Positions 28,701-38,602 of a stretch of 64,000 bases of DNA are shown one piece after another (the first letter of the stretch is position 1; every line of letters starts with the position of its first letter). Source of the DNA: a virus (Duplodnaviria; Caudoviricetes); IMG/VR virus record IMGVR_UViG_3300037067_011041, positions 1 to 64,000 of that record, one strand, 5' to 3'. The notes beneath the pieces were generated by a model. The model was not told where the DNA came from, made no database searches, and worked only from the letters and a program-made list of their open reading frames with translations. The translations under genes and the position numbers were made by a program.

Positions 28701-29198
28701 TCAGCTAACACAGCCGCCAGCACCGGCACAGCAGCCACTAACATGGGGCAAGTCAGTCTGTCGTCTGGTACTGCCGCTACAAATCTTAGTAGCGGGGCCA
28801 TGTCAGCCGCAGCAATGGCAGCCAATCTTGAACGAGCCGCAGCAGCAGCAGCCGCAGTTCAAGCCGCTGGAGGCAGAGGGGCCCTTACTGTGACCAACCC
28901 GTATGTCGGAGGAAACTACGCCGACGGCGGGCTAGTCAGAGGCAAGGACAGAACCTTAGTCTCGGCAGCAAATGACGAGATGATTGTAAACGCCAAGAGT
29001 TCACGTAGATTCTTCTCGGAACTCAACGCGATGAACCAAGGCAACCGACCTGTCTTCCGTGAACAGGGCGGCCCAGTCACCAATGTCGGTGACGTCAATG
29101 TCACGGTAAACGGTGGAGACTCCTCGCAGCAAACGGTGCGCGAGATCGGCCACGCTCTCCGTCGCCAGATTCAGCGTGGCAACATAAAGCTTCGATAA
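25719..29198 (+). CDS. tape measure protein (TP901-like core)
   Basis: 1159 aa, Ala-rich helical; G....EE..A.IAT.T..G....A.T.LR motif; YADGGLV C-terminus. Confidence 0.9.
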   Translation: MAEITQKLGFDAGDAIRNLSSLTDAILKANSAMTSMKSASKGAAALAAAEKQIVKTKNSAKDFTISWQTLVRVLETQLIVRSLNLVTQALQDSVEQARLLGLAIEEIRTIDEKGRGAASLSADILALSDAIGKTPVDVAEGVYQTLSNQVVEAGEAFNFTSTAAKLAVVTVAETGEAVDALSSIMNSYGLEASETERIAGTLFRTVDLGRLRLGELADIIGRVTPITAQLGITWEETAASIATMTQQGVRADTAITQLRAVITRLIKPTDDVTAIFHKWGVVDGKQAIETFGGLRGVLAKLQDETGNSSEEMAELLRNVRAITGAFGIMVDGGKTVESVLREIEGSSNAANVAWEQFAQSDAQRLTQSTQEFSNQITRLGQIGLPAVAGSLEAVNYFLEVQADGWSTLLGLYSEAEKSARLFSMTIEAGNDRASQLQKTLDDVQKGAYDNLRKASNLYYTEANRKEQQLAQVRANSVRQATAVLEDAADSLTDFYKDSLKGVEQFADKASDRVKQAFEKIADVQRDVQDQTLEYRLDNEEDGLRRLTILDEEFAKAREARNRAISNIGADPSSLDEAEAANARLVDLGKQRVAQAKELGYEGRQLARYQDDVVKSVSAGVPILKSFADIQKSAEVSARQQAKVLEDNFARTEAIGKRIKEIFKDGLIDPKEKVELEALRIEQERLNATSKEGMETLKAFGLDINFNKVVDGLTLALNKAQKDWDAEVKRAEAAFQRALIPIKVKLELSEGGLRKQIADEFNLEQFEGETLDSFARRIDSFAADTLDGVRTGFNDIAIAESKVAAPLAVINRSLKEMQALTAQNLSQALREQQAENSFTVVRSLEERQRLEAQIIEAAKADIAVNTLLDQKFREANTLLQQRGSLQEGTIAALRTQYDEAFKAGEITKSQLNLYTTMADEIAAVAEKLRANNELRAQMPEQTQVLLLEQLSAKQNELAAQKKVEAQVTAEMSGDYARINSMADDLSGATQTIGDNSANTAASTGTAATNMGQVSLSSGTAATNLSSGAMSAAAMAANLERAAAAAAAVQAAGGRGALTVTNPYVGGNYADGGLVRGKDRTLVSAANDEMIVNAKSSRRFFSELNAMNQGNRPVFREQGGPVTNVGDVNVTVNGGDSSQQTVREIGHALRRQIQRGNIKLR

Positions 29199-29219
29199 CC
29201 CTTTTCAGGAGATTCCAAG

Positions 29220-29714
29220 ATGAATCAGAAAGCCAAGTTGGCAGGCCGTTTTGTCGTCGAGCACCGGGACCGCGATGACAATCTCAAGGCGATTTACGAG
29301 TTCCCGAACGGCATCGTCGATGAGGGTCTGAACCACATCCTTGACACCCAGTTCCATGGTGGCACGCAGGTCGCGACGTGGTACATTGGGCTAGTCAACA
29401 ACGTTGGCTATTCGGCCTTCGCTGACGCCGACACCTTGTCCTCTCACGCTGGTTGGGCTGAGTTCACCAGCTACACTGAGGCCAATCGAGTGACGTGGGC
29501 TGAGGACGCCGCCGCTACCCGATCGATCAGCAACTCGACCACGGCCGACTTCTCCATCAATGCTTCGGGCAACCTGAAGGGAATCTTCGTGTCCAGCAAC
29601 AATGTGAAGTCCACCGGCAACACCGGTACGTTGTGGTCGACTGCTGCGTTTTCGTCTGTCGTCGCCACAGCGAATGGCGACACGCTGAAAGTGACTTACA
29701 CGGTCAGCGGCTAA
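29220..29714 (+). CDS. tail protein
   Basis: N.IVDEGLNHILD...GDTLKVTY pattern of phage tail proteins. Confidence 0.7.
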   Translation: MNQKAKLAGRFVVEHRDRDDNLKAIYEFPNGIVDEGLNHILDTQFHGGTQVATWYIGLVNNVGYSAFADADTLSSHAGWAEFTSYTEANRVTWAEDAAATRSISNSTTADFSINASGNLKGIFVSSNNVKSTGNTGTLWSTAAFSSVVATANGDTLKVTYTVSG

Positions 29715-29782
29715 GTTTCTGTCTAGGGAGGCGGCCACGGATGGCCTCCTCCCTATGGGCCAGTGCGGATGCGAGGTTTGAA

Positions 29783-30847
29783 ATGTCACTTCTGTTCTTT
29801 GATGGCTTTGAATCAATCGGCGCTGATAACACAGACCCGACTGATGCAGTTGTATCCCGTCGCTGGTCAACATCTGCCCCCGAAAGTTTTTACATGGTTG
29901 ATGGCAGGTTTGGCGGGACAGCGCTGCGGTTTGCCAACGCCGCTGACTATTTTGTCATCTCGTCTGGGCATGGGGGTGTGAATTCGACTGATACCACCAA
30001 GATTTGGGGGTTATCGGTTCTTTTTCCTGCCTCTATAACTTATGCCACATCTTATTGGTTCATGCGATTCGCCACTGACACAAGTCAATGGGCGGCCGGG
30101 CTTAGAATATGGAACGACGGCACCATTTCTTTAGAAGACAAGGGCGATGCCATTCAGGCTATCTCTACTAAAGGCGCTCTCAGACTTGGTATATGGAACG
30201 ACATCCAGGTAAAGCTGTACTATCACACGTCAAATGGGTCGTGTCAAATAAAGGTGGGTGGAAACGTTGTATTGAACAAAACCGGCGTAGACACTGGAGG
30301 CACATCAGGCAACTATCACGACCGAGTGTTTGTCTACTCACCTACAGGCACGACTGGTTATGCCCCGCGTTTTGATGACATCTTTGTTCTTGACACAACT
30401 GGCAACACAAACAACGATTTTCTGCCTTCTTCAAGAGTCACGGCCCAGTTTCCAACGTCCGACATAACGACTAACTGGACACCGTCAACCGGAAACGATC
30501 ACTACGCGTTAGTGGACGAAACTTTGCCAGATGATAACACTTCCTACATCACTGGAAACTCAGCAAATGACATAGACCAGTTTGAGGTTACGGATATTTC
30601 GGCGAACGCGCTGACTATCCATGGGGTGAAGTTGTCAATTGACTCGTCAGTCAATGAAGCTGGTTCAAGAGAAATTAGGCAAGTTCTTGACTCAAGTGGT
30701 AACAACTACGCCGGAGACACCCATACAATCAATACTACAAACTATGTATTTGATTCAGATTACTGGGAGACAGACCCGGCCACATCGAACGCGTGGACTG
30801 TCAACAACTACAACGCATCAAAGCCAGGAGTGGAGGTAGTTACATAA
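29783..30847 (+). CDS. tail-associated lectin/ConA-like protein A
   Basis: MSLLFFDGFE...GRFGG.AL..FDDIFV; paralog of the next gene. Confidence 0.65.
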   Translation: MSLLFFDGFESIGADNTDPTDAVVSRRWSTSAPESFYMVDGRFGGTALRFANAADYFVISSGHGGVNSTDTTKIWGLSVLFPASITYATSYWFMRFATDTSQWAAGLRIWNDGTISLEDKGDAIQAISTKGALRLGIWNDIQVKLYYHTSNGSCQIKVGGNVVLNKTGVDTGGTSGNYHDRVFVYSPTGTTGYAPRFDDIFVLDTTGNTNNDFLPSSRVTAQFPTSDITTNWTPSTGNDHYALVDETLPDDNTSYITGNSANDIDQFEVTDISANALTIHGVKLSIDSSVNEAGSREIRQVLDSSGNNYAGDTHTINTTNYVFDSDYWETDPATSNAWTVNNYNASKPGVEVVT

Positions 30848-31914
30848 TGTCTCTCATACTGGTTGAAGGTTTTGATAGTTACTCGTCTGCAAGCGAGACT
30901 ATCACTGCCGAGCTATTGAAAACGCACGTTGTATCTGATACGACAGACGATTTCGCTACGTCAACAGGCCGCTACGGAGGGAAGAGCCTCCGGCTGCCAA
31001 CATCAAGTAATGACTGGTGGGTATGGTTGATCCCGCCTGGAAAAGAAGAGCATCAGAAATGGACAGTCGGCTTTAACTATTACAGCCCGTCCTCTGTTGC
31101 CGCTGCAAATCCATTTTTACGGATCTCCCAGTCAAATACCGGCGGTGCATCAGACACAATCCGTCTACAGGCCACCAGCAATTACGCATTCAATGTAACT
31201 GATAACAGCGGAACGGTGCTGGCCGCTACCACGAATAATGCGTTCACTTTCAATACGTGGTATCACATTGAGTTGCAAGTCTTTTGCCACACAACAAATG
31301 GAACAGTAGAACTGAGAATCAATGGGTCTACAGTAGCATCTGCTACAGACGTAAATACAGCTACCGTCAGCGCTATTTTGACCTATTCCGCACTGATTAT
31401 CTCCTCTCCTGGGAATGTCTTATACACCCCTCTAATTGATGACGTGTATATATGTGACGGGTCCGGATCAACAAACAACACGTTTCTGGGTGTGTGCAAA
31501 GTAGTAACACTTCGACCGACATCTGATGCAGCCCCAAACAATGGCACGCCGTCAACTGGAAACGATCACTATGCCCTGTTGGATGAAGTGAAACCAGACT
31601 ACAGCACGTCATACATTTCTCTCACCGGCAATGGAGATCAAGAAATGTTTGGCTATGAAAATCTTGTCTCCACTTCTCCTGTGAAAGGTATTTGCCTTAC
31701 AACTCTTGCTGCGACCGCTGGGGCTCAAGACACCAAACTAAAATCGGTGATGAAATCTGGTAATAGCAGTACATCCTTCACTTCCAAACCAATTTTAGGC
31801 AGCGGCTACTACACTGCTGTGCAGCACATAAGCGAGACTAACCCGGCGACATCTGCTTTGTGGACGGCATCTGAAGTTGATGCTGGAACATTTGGCTGTG
31901 AACTAGAAGTATAG
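30847..31914 (+). CDS. tail-associated lectin/ConA-like protein B
   Basis: MSLILVEGFD...GRYGG.SL..WYHIE..IDDVYI; shares PSTGNDHYAL.DE with the previous gene. Confidence 0.65.
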   Translation: MSLILVEGFDSYSSASETITAELLKTHVVSDTTDDFATSTGRYGGKSLRLPTSSNDWWVWLIPPGKEEHQKWTVGFNYYSPSSVAAANPFLRISQSNTGGASDTIRLQATSNYAFNVTDNSGTVLAATTNNAFTFNTWYHIELQVFCHTTNGTVELRINGSTVASATDVNTATVSAILTYSALIISSPGNVLYTPLIDDVYICDGSGSTNNTFLGVCKVVTLRPTSDAAPNNGTPSTGNDHYALLDEVKPDYSTSYISLTGNGDQEMFGYENLVSTSPVKGICLTTLAATAGAQDTKLKSVMKSGNSSTSFTSKPILGSGYYTAVQHISETNPATSALWTASEVDAGTFGCELEV

Positions 31915-31930
31915 AAAGGCGGCAGCCTCC

Positions 31931-33283
31931 ATGGCCGATATAAGAGTCACACGCCAAGTCTCTGAGGCGTTGTTCACTGATACACCTAATGTGTATGCAA
32001 CTCAGCAGTATTTGATGGTGCTGCAACTATTGACTGATCCTATGGCTCAGTCAGTAACAGACACATTAGCGCTGACCGATGAAGTTATGACATCGGGCGC
32101 AACGCTGCCCACATCTAGCAACATGGCCTTAGTTAGTTCGGCCGTGGCGATAAGAGATCTTCCCGTAAGCGTTGGTCACACTATCACTTTCACATCTCTT
32201 GGTGGCAGGGTAGTCACCTTTGATGGTTCCAACGTTCTTGTGTTGTCGCACTTGATCGCCCACTTCAATTACGTTGCTGATCGGGCCCCGGTCGGTAATG
32301 TATTGGCTCTCGTTCAGACCGTAACCTCTCTGTCAAGCCTGGACACTACGAGTAATCTCGGGCTGGTTCAAACTGTAAACGTACAGGCGCCGATCAAGCC
32401 GGTTATCATTCAGCCGCTTGGCTTATCCAGCCGCACGAGCACTCCTCACAGGGCGTTCATTACTGACACCCTCGGCATTGATGATTTTCTCGTCACCCCC
32501 CTGCCAACGCAGCATGTGTCCCACACGATATCATTCGTACAGGATTCGCCTATTGGCATGGTGGATGACACTATTAACTTCACACAGTCTGTGACGTTCT
32601 CGTTCTCGCTTACGGCGTCGAACACGATGAACCTGACGGATCAACTTGTGATGACAGCGATTTGGCTGAGGGCCGTCGAGCACGACAATGTCGTCGGGCA
32701 TTCGATGACTTGGTATGAAGACACTCCATGCGGCAAAAAGAACTACACCCCATTCCAAGGTGAGAATACAGTTGCCCTTGACGTAGCTATGCCAAGAAAT
32801 ACCTTGCAAGATCCGCAAGGTGATACAGGCAATTTCTCATTGTACACGCCCTATCTTGGTGTGGCGTCCAGCAAGGTGACACTTCGTAAGCCGGAACTTG
32901 ACAACCGAGATCGAAACGCCTACTCACGAGTCAGTCAAGAGACCCGTGGCGGAAAGATGATTGTGTACGCTGATCCTACTTGGCCTAAAGTGCGGACGCT
33001 AGCTGTAACAATCATCGGACTTACTGAGACACAAGTAGACGAATTCCAAGACTTCATGCAGGCTACAGTCGGACAAGAGATTGGCCTCACCGACTGGGAA
33101 GGAAGACTCTGGAAAGGCTTCATCAGAAATCCTAACGAGCCTGCAATACAAGACGGACGGAATATGTGGACCGTGTCCTTCGAGTTTGAAGGCGAGATGC
33201 TCGACGTTGAGCAGCCAGGGAACGAGAACGGAGACGGAATGGCAATGAACCTTTCTCAAGCAGTTACGGCGGTGATAGTATGA
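31931..33283 (+). CDS. tail protein (repeat-rich N-terminus, distal-tail-like C-terminus)
   Basis: Position after the tape measure gene. Confidence 0.6.
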   Translation: MADIRVTRQVSEALFTDTPNVYATQQYLMVLQLLTDPMAQSVTDTLALTDEVMTSGATLPTSSNMALVSSAVAIRDLPVSVGHTITFTSLGGRVVTFDGSNVLVLSHLIAHFNYVADRAPVGNVLALVQTVTSLSSLDTTSNLGLVQTVNVQAPIKPVIIQPLGLSSRTSTPHRAFITDTLGIDDFLVTPLPTQHVSHTISFVQDSPIGMVDDTINFTQSVTFSFSLTASNTMNLTDQLVMTAIWLRAVEHDNVVGHSMTWYEDTPCGKKNYTPFQGENTVALDVAMPRNTLQDPQGDTGNFSLYTPYLGVASSKVTLRKPELDNRDRNAYSRVSQETRGGKMIVYADPTWPKVRTLAVTIIGLTETQVDEFQDFMQATVGQEIGLTDWEGRLWKGFIRNPNEPAIQDGRNMWTVSFEFEGEMLDVEQPGNENGDGMAMNLSQAVTAVIV

Positions 33284-33666
33284 GTTTCATCTTGAAGGCG
33301 CCCTATCCGGGAGTCGTAACAACCACTCTTCTTCCATCGCCTGCTTGGGGGGACTCCAAAGCCTTGACGGCAACGGTGCAGAGTCAGCGATCCATGAACG
33401 GCACGCTGTACACCTACGTCAAGCCCAGAAACGGCAGGAAGAGATTTCAATGGCAGTTTGAGATCGCCCGGCATAAAGCCCTTGAACTGCGCGAGTTTAT
33501 CAACTCGTACTTTGGAAAACTCATCCAGATTATTGACCACGACGGCGACACATGGATAGGGTATCTTCGCAGCAACCCGTTCGAGTTCTTAGGTGCGGGG
33601 CACGCCGGTGCAAACTGGCCGGGCGGAGAAACCATGTCCATCCAACTGGAGTTTGAAGAACGATGA
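33280..33666 (+). CDS. distal tail-like protein
   Basis: RSMNGTLYTYVK pattern; ATGA couplings. Confidence 0.55.
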   Translation: MSFILKAPYPGVVTTTLLPSPAWGDSKALTATVQSQRSMNGTLYTYVKPRNGRKRFQWQFEIARHKALELREFINSYFGKLIQIIDHDGDTWIGYLRSNPFEFLGAGHAGANWPGGETMSIQLEFEER

Positions 33667-36600
33667 GAACGATAACAGCAAATGCCCAGGCTCTACTTTC
33701 CCAGAACATGGGGACAGAGTTGATGGTCATCTTGGAAATTGAGTGGGTCGATGGCGGCACCTTCTATTACTCAGATCAGGTAGTGGCCGGTTGTCAGCCG
33801 AAGATTCTAACCATGGGCGGATTTGATTCGTCCATGATTCTAGAAGGTGCAGCCGACTCGCAAGAACTGAGCATCATTCTCGATGACACTGATGGAACAG
33901 TGCGAGAAATCTACAATGCGAATGACACCCACAAGCGACCAGCGAGGGTCTACCTACTTCACAAAGGTCTGACCCTTGTCGACAAGATCCTTGTGTTCAA
34001 AGGCGAACTCGTAACACCGATCGAGTGGGACGAGGCTCAACGCAGCATTTCATTCAATTTGCTCTCGAAGCTGAACTCCACGCAGGTAGGCTTCAGCATG
34101 GAAGAGGGTGACTTTCCGAACATCCCAGAAGAGGCGCTGGGGAAGGCGTGGCCGCTCGTATTTGGTCAGGTTTGCCACCTGCCCGCCGTCAAAGTACGGG
34201 CGCCTCGCCGAGGTTATCTTGAGAGTGGCACGGGCATTCATGACTTCACGCTTGAGCCAAGGATTTGCCAAGCGGTTCAGATCCAATGCCCCAGCCAGTC
34301 TACCGGTAAGCAGTGGGTCGACGACCCCAGCTACAATGCTGGTGGCTACACGACAAATACTGTTGGCCCGGATCTTGAGTGCGTAAACCGTCGATTCGGC
34401 GAGATATGCAAGCTGAAAGATCTGTACGAACAGCAGATCGCCTATGAGACAGCTACTCTGAACATCTACAATGGTGTCTCGTTCCCTCAGAGTCAGCGGC
34501 TCACCATCTATGTTGACGGGGCCACTTTCAACGGCACGTTCAGCGGCAACACGTTCAACATCTACTCCCGTCAGCATCCTGAGTGGGCGACATTCAACCA
34601 TCAGCCTTGTCGACAAGTGCCCGGAGTAAGCTACAGCACCGTCCCAGGCCAGCCGCAGATCGGTGGCACCAACAATGTGCGTCAAGGGGCTGGCGGGTAT
34701 GTACCCGTAAGCAGCAACTTCCACACGACGCCAGAAGGGCAAGCCTATTACATTGCAAACAAGGCTTGGATTCCGAACGATGAACTTGTTTCTTTCGCTC
34801 CTAACCAAACTCAGACGCAGGCGTTCGCGTCTTGCGATGAGGCGTTGGTAAGTGCGCCCGGCATGACCGGCGGTCCGAAAGATTCGTGGGCGTTCTACGA
34901 TGAGATGGACGAGTCTCAGTTCTGGTGGGCCCCGGCCGGTTCAGAAGTCTACATGGAAGACGAGTCAGAAGTCCTTTACATCGTGTCGTTGCTTCCTGGA
35001 ACTGTCGACGGCGTCGCCGCATTTCGACAGGCCCCCAACGGCTTCCGATACTTGACCGAAGTACCGGCTGACAGATACACTGTGTACGAGACCGATTACG
35101 ATGGTTATGACGTTGTCGAGATCGGGCTCAATAAGGAACTGTCTCACTACATCGATCCGGTAACGAATGCCAGCGAAGGATGGGAAGACCAGATCTATGT
35201 TTCCTTCACCTCGACGGTAGGGCCGAATCCTTGTGACATTATTGAGTGGTTGATCGACAAGTACACCAACTTGACTGTGGACGCGGCTTCGTTTGCGGCA
35301 GTCAGTGCGTACATGACCAACTATCCAAACAACTTCTACCTGACAACGCGACCGGATGTCTATGATTTGATCCGCGATATCGCGTACCAATCGCGGTGCG
35401 CAGTTTATGTCCGCAACGGTGTTGTGTACATCAAGTATCTGTCGCTGGAGCCAACATCAGTTCGCACGCTTACTGAAAGCGACATCCTTGCCACCTCGTT
35501 CAAAGAGTATCTCAGCGAGACTGAGGACGTTTACACTACCCACACAGTTCGATGGAGCAAGGCCGGGGCGGCGGTCCGCAGCGACCAGACACCGGACCGA
35601 ACCATCATTCTGAAATACAACGTGGCCAAGTACGGGACGGTTGAGTCCGATTGGGACTACTACACCTACAACCTGTACGATCTGGTGCTGAAGTCGAGCA
35701 CGTTCTGGCTCATCCGAAAAGCCAACTGCTGGAAGAAGCTGGCGTTCCAACTTCCGATCAAGCATATCGACCTTGACGTGGGCGACTGCGTCACGATCAA
35801 TGTCGCTCAGTTCGGTGCGGCTGTGAAGGTCGTTATCGAGGCCATGAACGTCAACCCAGACGAGAACGTCATAGACGTGGTTTGCTGGACCCCGATCCGC
35901 TCTGGCGAGACAACCCCTTACTACTGGGCTTGGCCGTCGCAGCAAGCGGCCCATCAGATTTGGCCACTGTCCGATGACACGAACGGCGGAGCCGGACACA
36001 ACTTCTCTGTTACCCCTCCTTTGGGGCACATCCTTTTGGGGGGTGCTCACAGGGATGACCAGATCGTAATCACGACAGGAGATCTCCATCCAAGCGACTT
36101 GGACGATGCCCTCCCTACCGTTTTGTGCGAGTTGAGCGACTACATCAACTTCAATGAGAAGCCACCAGAGATCGTGGCGAAAGAGATCGCTCAGACGGCC
36201 GCCCGGCAGGCCATGGAAAGCAACATGTCCGGAGGCGGCAACCCAGGGGCTGGCGGCGAGATCAAGACCGAGACCGACAAGTGCGGTAAGAGCTACGCAG
36301 GCTGCGGCTACAAGGTTGTGGTCACATGGCACATGTCGACGTCACAGGGTCAGGCGACGTCACTGGGCGGTGCCGAGCATGGTGGGCCGTGCGGCGGACC
36401 CTGCCAATGCTACGGTGGCTGCCCGTCGTGCACAGGGCCCATTTGGCAGACCTGCCACACATTTGGCGCTGCTTGGGCCGCCAAGTATTTCGAGGCTTAC
36501 ATGGAGACCACCTACGGGGCCCCAGAGGACGATTACTGGGAATGCAACCAGACCGCCGTCCTGTGGGCAACCGCGTCGAACGGAACTCATGCGGCCGAAT

Positions 36601-36737
36601 ACACCAACAATGGGGCCGACTGCCCTGATATCTCGTCTTCTGGCTCCACGTCACCTGACGGATCGGCTGCCACCGAAACGGCGGCGCCTACTGGTGCCAC
36701 CGGCAACGAGCCGTGGGGTGATAGGTACGGGGAATGA
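33663..36737 (+). CDS. tail tip/baseplate hub protein with a Cys-rich C-terminus
   Basis: GKAWPLVFG, NPCDII, LDVGD.V patterns of central tail proteins. Confidence 0.75.
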   Translation: MRTITANAQALLSQNMGTELMVILEIEWVDGGTFYYSDQVVAGCQPKILTMGGFDSSMILEGAADSQELSIILDDTDGTVREIYNANDTHKRPARVYLLHKGLTLVDKILVFKGELVTPIEWDEAQRSISFNLLSKLNSTQVGFSMEEGDFPNIPEEALGKAWPLVFGQVCHLPAVKVRAPRRGYLESGTGIHDFTLEPRICQAVQIQCPSQSTGKQWVDDPSYNAGGYTTNTVGPDLECVNRRFGEICKLKDLYEQQIAYETATLNIYNGVSFPQSQRLTIYVDGATFNGTFSGNTFNIYSRQHPEWATFNHQPCRQVPGVSYSTVPGQPQIGGTNNVRQGAGGYVPVSSNFHTTPEGQAYYIANKAWIPNDELVSFAPNQTQTQAFASCDEALVSAPGMTGGPKDSWAFYDEMDESQFWWAPAGSEVYMEDESEVLYIVSLLPGTVDGVAAFRQAPNGFRYLTEVPADRYTVYETDYDGYDVVEIGLNKELSHYIDPVTNASEGWEDQIYVSFTSTVGPNPCDIIEWLIDKYTNLTVDAASFAAVSAYMTNYPNNFYLTTRPDVYDLIRDIAYQSRCAVYVRNGVVYIKYLSLEPTSVRTLTESDILATSFKEYLSETEDVYTTHTVRWSKAGAAVRSDQTPDRTIILKYNVAKYGTVESDWDYYTYNLYDLVLKSSTFWLIRKANCWKKLAFQLPIKHIDLDVGDCVTINVAQFGAAVKVVIEAMNVNPDENVIDVVCWTPIRSGETTPYYWAWPSQQAAHQIWPLSDDTNGGAGHNFSVTPPLGHILLGGAHRDDQIVITTGDLHPSDLDDALPTVLCELSDYINFNEKPPEIVAKEIAQTAARQAMESNMSGGGNPGAGGEIKTETDKCGKSYAGCGYKVVVTWHMSTSQGQATSLGGAEHGGPCGGPCQCYGGCPSCTGPIWQTCHTFGAAWAAKYFEAYMETTYGAPEDDYWECNQTAVLWATASNGTHAAEYTNNGADCPDISSSGSTSPDGSAATETAAPTGATGNEPWGDRYGE

Positions 36738-37309
36738 CCATGCAACCATGTAACAAACGGCAGACAATTGTAAAGCGGTCAGAGGGCTTGACCCTCTACC
36801 GCTGTATCAATACGAAGTGCGGCATGCACGGGGACAACGTCGACGAAGGCATTTGCTCAAGATGCCCAGTCAGATCTGTTCCTCACAAGCCACCGTGCAA
36901 GAGCCCTAATCAAGAGAGGCCCGCCACAGCGAACGTTGTTACCGTCCAAGAGATGATGAACTTCTCTGACGAGGATGTCAAAGCCATGATGGCAGAGGTG
37001 GGTCTTGAGCCGGAAGATTTCGACCATCCCTTGGTGGACGTCGAACTGATGCCGCCTAACTACCCGCCGCTGTCTATGCAGATGTGGACCTACAAGGAGG
37101 CCCTTATTCGTTGGAGCAAGGCGGGCTGGCCTTCTCGTACCAAAGAGGAGATACAAGAGATCCTTGACACCCATTGTCACTCGTGTGACTGGTACGACGC
37201 GAATCAGAAACGATGTCGCGGATGTGGGTGCAAGGTCACTGAAAGTTCCATCGCCATCTTCAACAAACTGAAGATGGCTACGGAGCATTGCCCGAAGGGA
37301 CTATGGTAA
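36734..37309 (+). CDS. Cys-rich hypothetical protein
   Basis: C-terminal CHSC...CRGCGC...KLKMATEHCP.G.W. Confidence 0.65.
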   Translation: MTMQPCNKRQTIVKRSEGLTLYRCINTKCGMHGDNVDEGICSRCPVRSVPHKPPCKSPNQERPATANVVTVQEMMNFSDEDVKAMMAEVGLEPEDFDHPLVDVELMPPNYPPLSMQMWTYKEALIRWSKAGWPSRTKEEIQEILDTHCHSCDWYDANQKRCRGCGCKVTESSIAIFNKLKMATEHCPKGLW

Positions 37310-37866
37310 TGGAAACTGCACTTGGTTGGCTTGGACAGATATTCGAGGCGTTGCTTCAGCTTGTTCCTCGACGTGTGATTATCAAAGCCACCGAGGGCGG
37401 CGTCAAATGGTCGTTATGGCGAGAGCCAAAAGAAATGAAGCCAGGAATCAGATTCTATTGGCCCCTAATAACCGCCATAGAAGTGATCGTTACCGCACGT
37501 CAAACGATCAACACGCCCACCCAATCTCTGATGACCAAGGATGGAAAGACGGTGGTGGCAAGCGGCGTGGTCGTGTACAGAATCAACGACATTGTGCAGG
37601 CGATAGGCAAGCAGAATTGGTCGCCTGAAGAAACGGCCCGTGATATAACGCAAGCCGCAATTGTGAAGATCGTATCGAAATGGGATTGTACTGCCCTGCT
37701 CGAAAACATCAGCGATGACGTTGAACGCCAGTTGACGGACTCTTGCAGGAAGCAACTTCGTCAATACGGCATCTATGTCGGCCGGGCCGCGTTGGTCGAC
37801 TTCTCGACCGTCCGTCAACTCAATCACTCTGGAATTAACATAGGAGCGTCACATGGCCAAATGTAG
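37303..37866 (+). CDS. SPFH/band 7 domain membrane protein
   Basis: PGIRFYWP...QSLMTKDGK.V...VVYRI.D motif. Confidence 0.85.
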   Translation: MVMETALGWLGQIFEALLQLVPRRVIIKATEGGVKWSLWREPKEMKPGIRFYWPLITAIEVIVTARQTINTPTQSLMTKDGKTVVASGVVVYRINDIVQAIGKQNWSPEETARDITQAAIVKIVSKWDCTALLENISDDVERQLTDSCRKQLRQYGIYVGRAALVDFSTVRQLNHSGINIGASHGQM

Positions 37867-37996
37867 AAAGCCGTGCAAGAACTGCCGTCAGAAGCCACAC
37901 AATATGGCGGCTTCGCCCGCCCGCCCGCCTCGCGGATCAATCCGCAAGGCCAAGCGAGACGAGATGCGAAAGCAAAAGAAGATCAACATGTCTGCC

Positions 37997-38602
37997 TTAG
38001 CCACCAAGGAAACGCATCAACTCAGCGTAGAGCCGGGCTGTGGCGAGGCAATCAGCTAACGCGTTGTGTGCATTATCAAGCTGAATGTCGAATCGCTTGC
38101 ACAAGGCCGTCAAACTAAGCAGGTGGAATGGGTGCTTCCTTCCATGCCACACGTACAGGTCATTTACCGTTGCGGCCAAGGCCATGGTGTCCCTTGGATG
38201 CACGTGCCAATATGCGTTGAAGCCGTCCATCCCAAGCATGTGAATTAGGAAGGCTCTCTCAAAGCCCCAATTGTGAGCTAGAGGAACAAGTCGCTTACCG
38301 AAAGGCAGATTCAGTTTGTGCCACCACTCCTCGAAGAGTTCTACTCCTCGTTCTTGTGTTGGGCACCCCTGAAGAGAGTCCAGTGTTATTCCGTGCTTGC
38401 GGGTGGCTTCTTCGCTTATTCGATCTGGGTAGTCCGGCATCAGGCCGGGCATGTAATAAAACCGAAGATCTGGATGCGGTTCAAAGTGTTGGTTGAGCGG
38501 GACGCATGCGATCTGAACAATCTCATGGTATCCCGCCAACACGCCAGTCGTCTCCACATCAACGGCACACAAGATGTTGCCGTTCATATTGAGAAGACTC
38601 AT
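37997..38602 (-). CDS. DEDDh 3'-5' exonuclease
   Basis: VDVETTG, AHNWGFE, HNALAD. Confidence 0.9.
   Translation of the reverse strand: MSLLNMNGNILCAVDVETTGVLAGYHEIVQIACVPLNQHFEPHPDLRFYYMPGLMPDYPDRISEEATRKHGITLDSLQGCPTQERGVELFEEWWHKLNLPFGKRLVPLAHNWGFERAFLIHMLGMDGFNAYWHVHPRDTMALAATVNDLYVWHGRKHPFHLLSLTALCKRFDIQLDNAHNALADCLATARLYAELMRFLGG

Noticed and set aside
18581-36737. Diversity-generating retroelement or invertible tail-fibre system
   Set aside because: No reverse transcriptase or invertase; internal repeats are not adenine-specific TR/VR pairs
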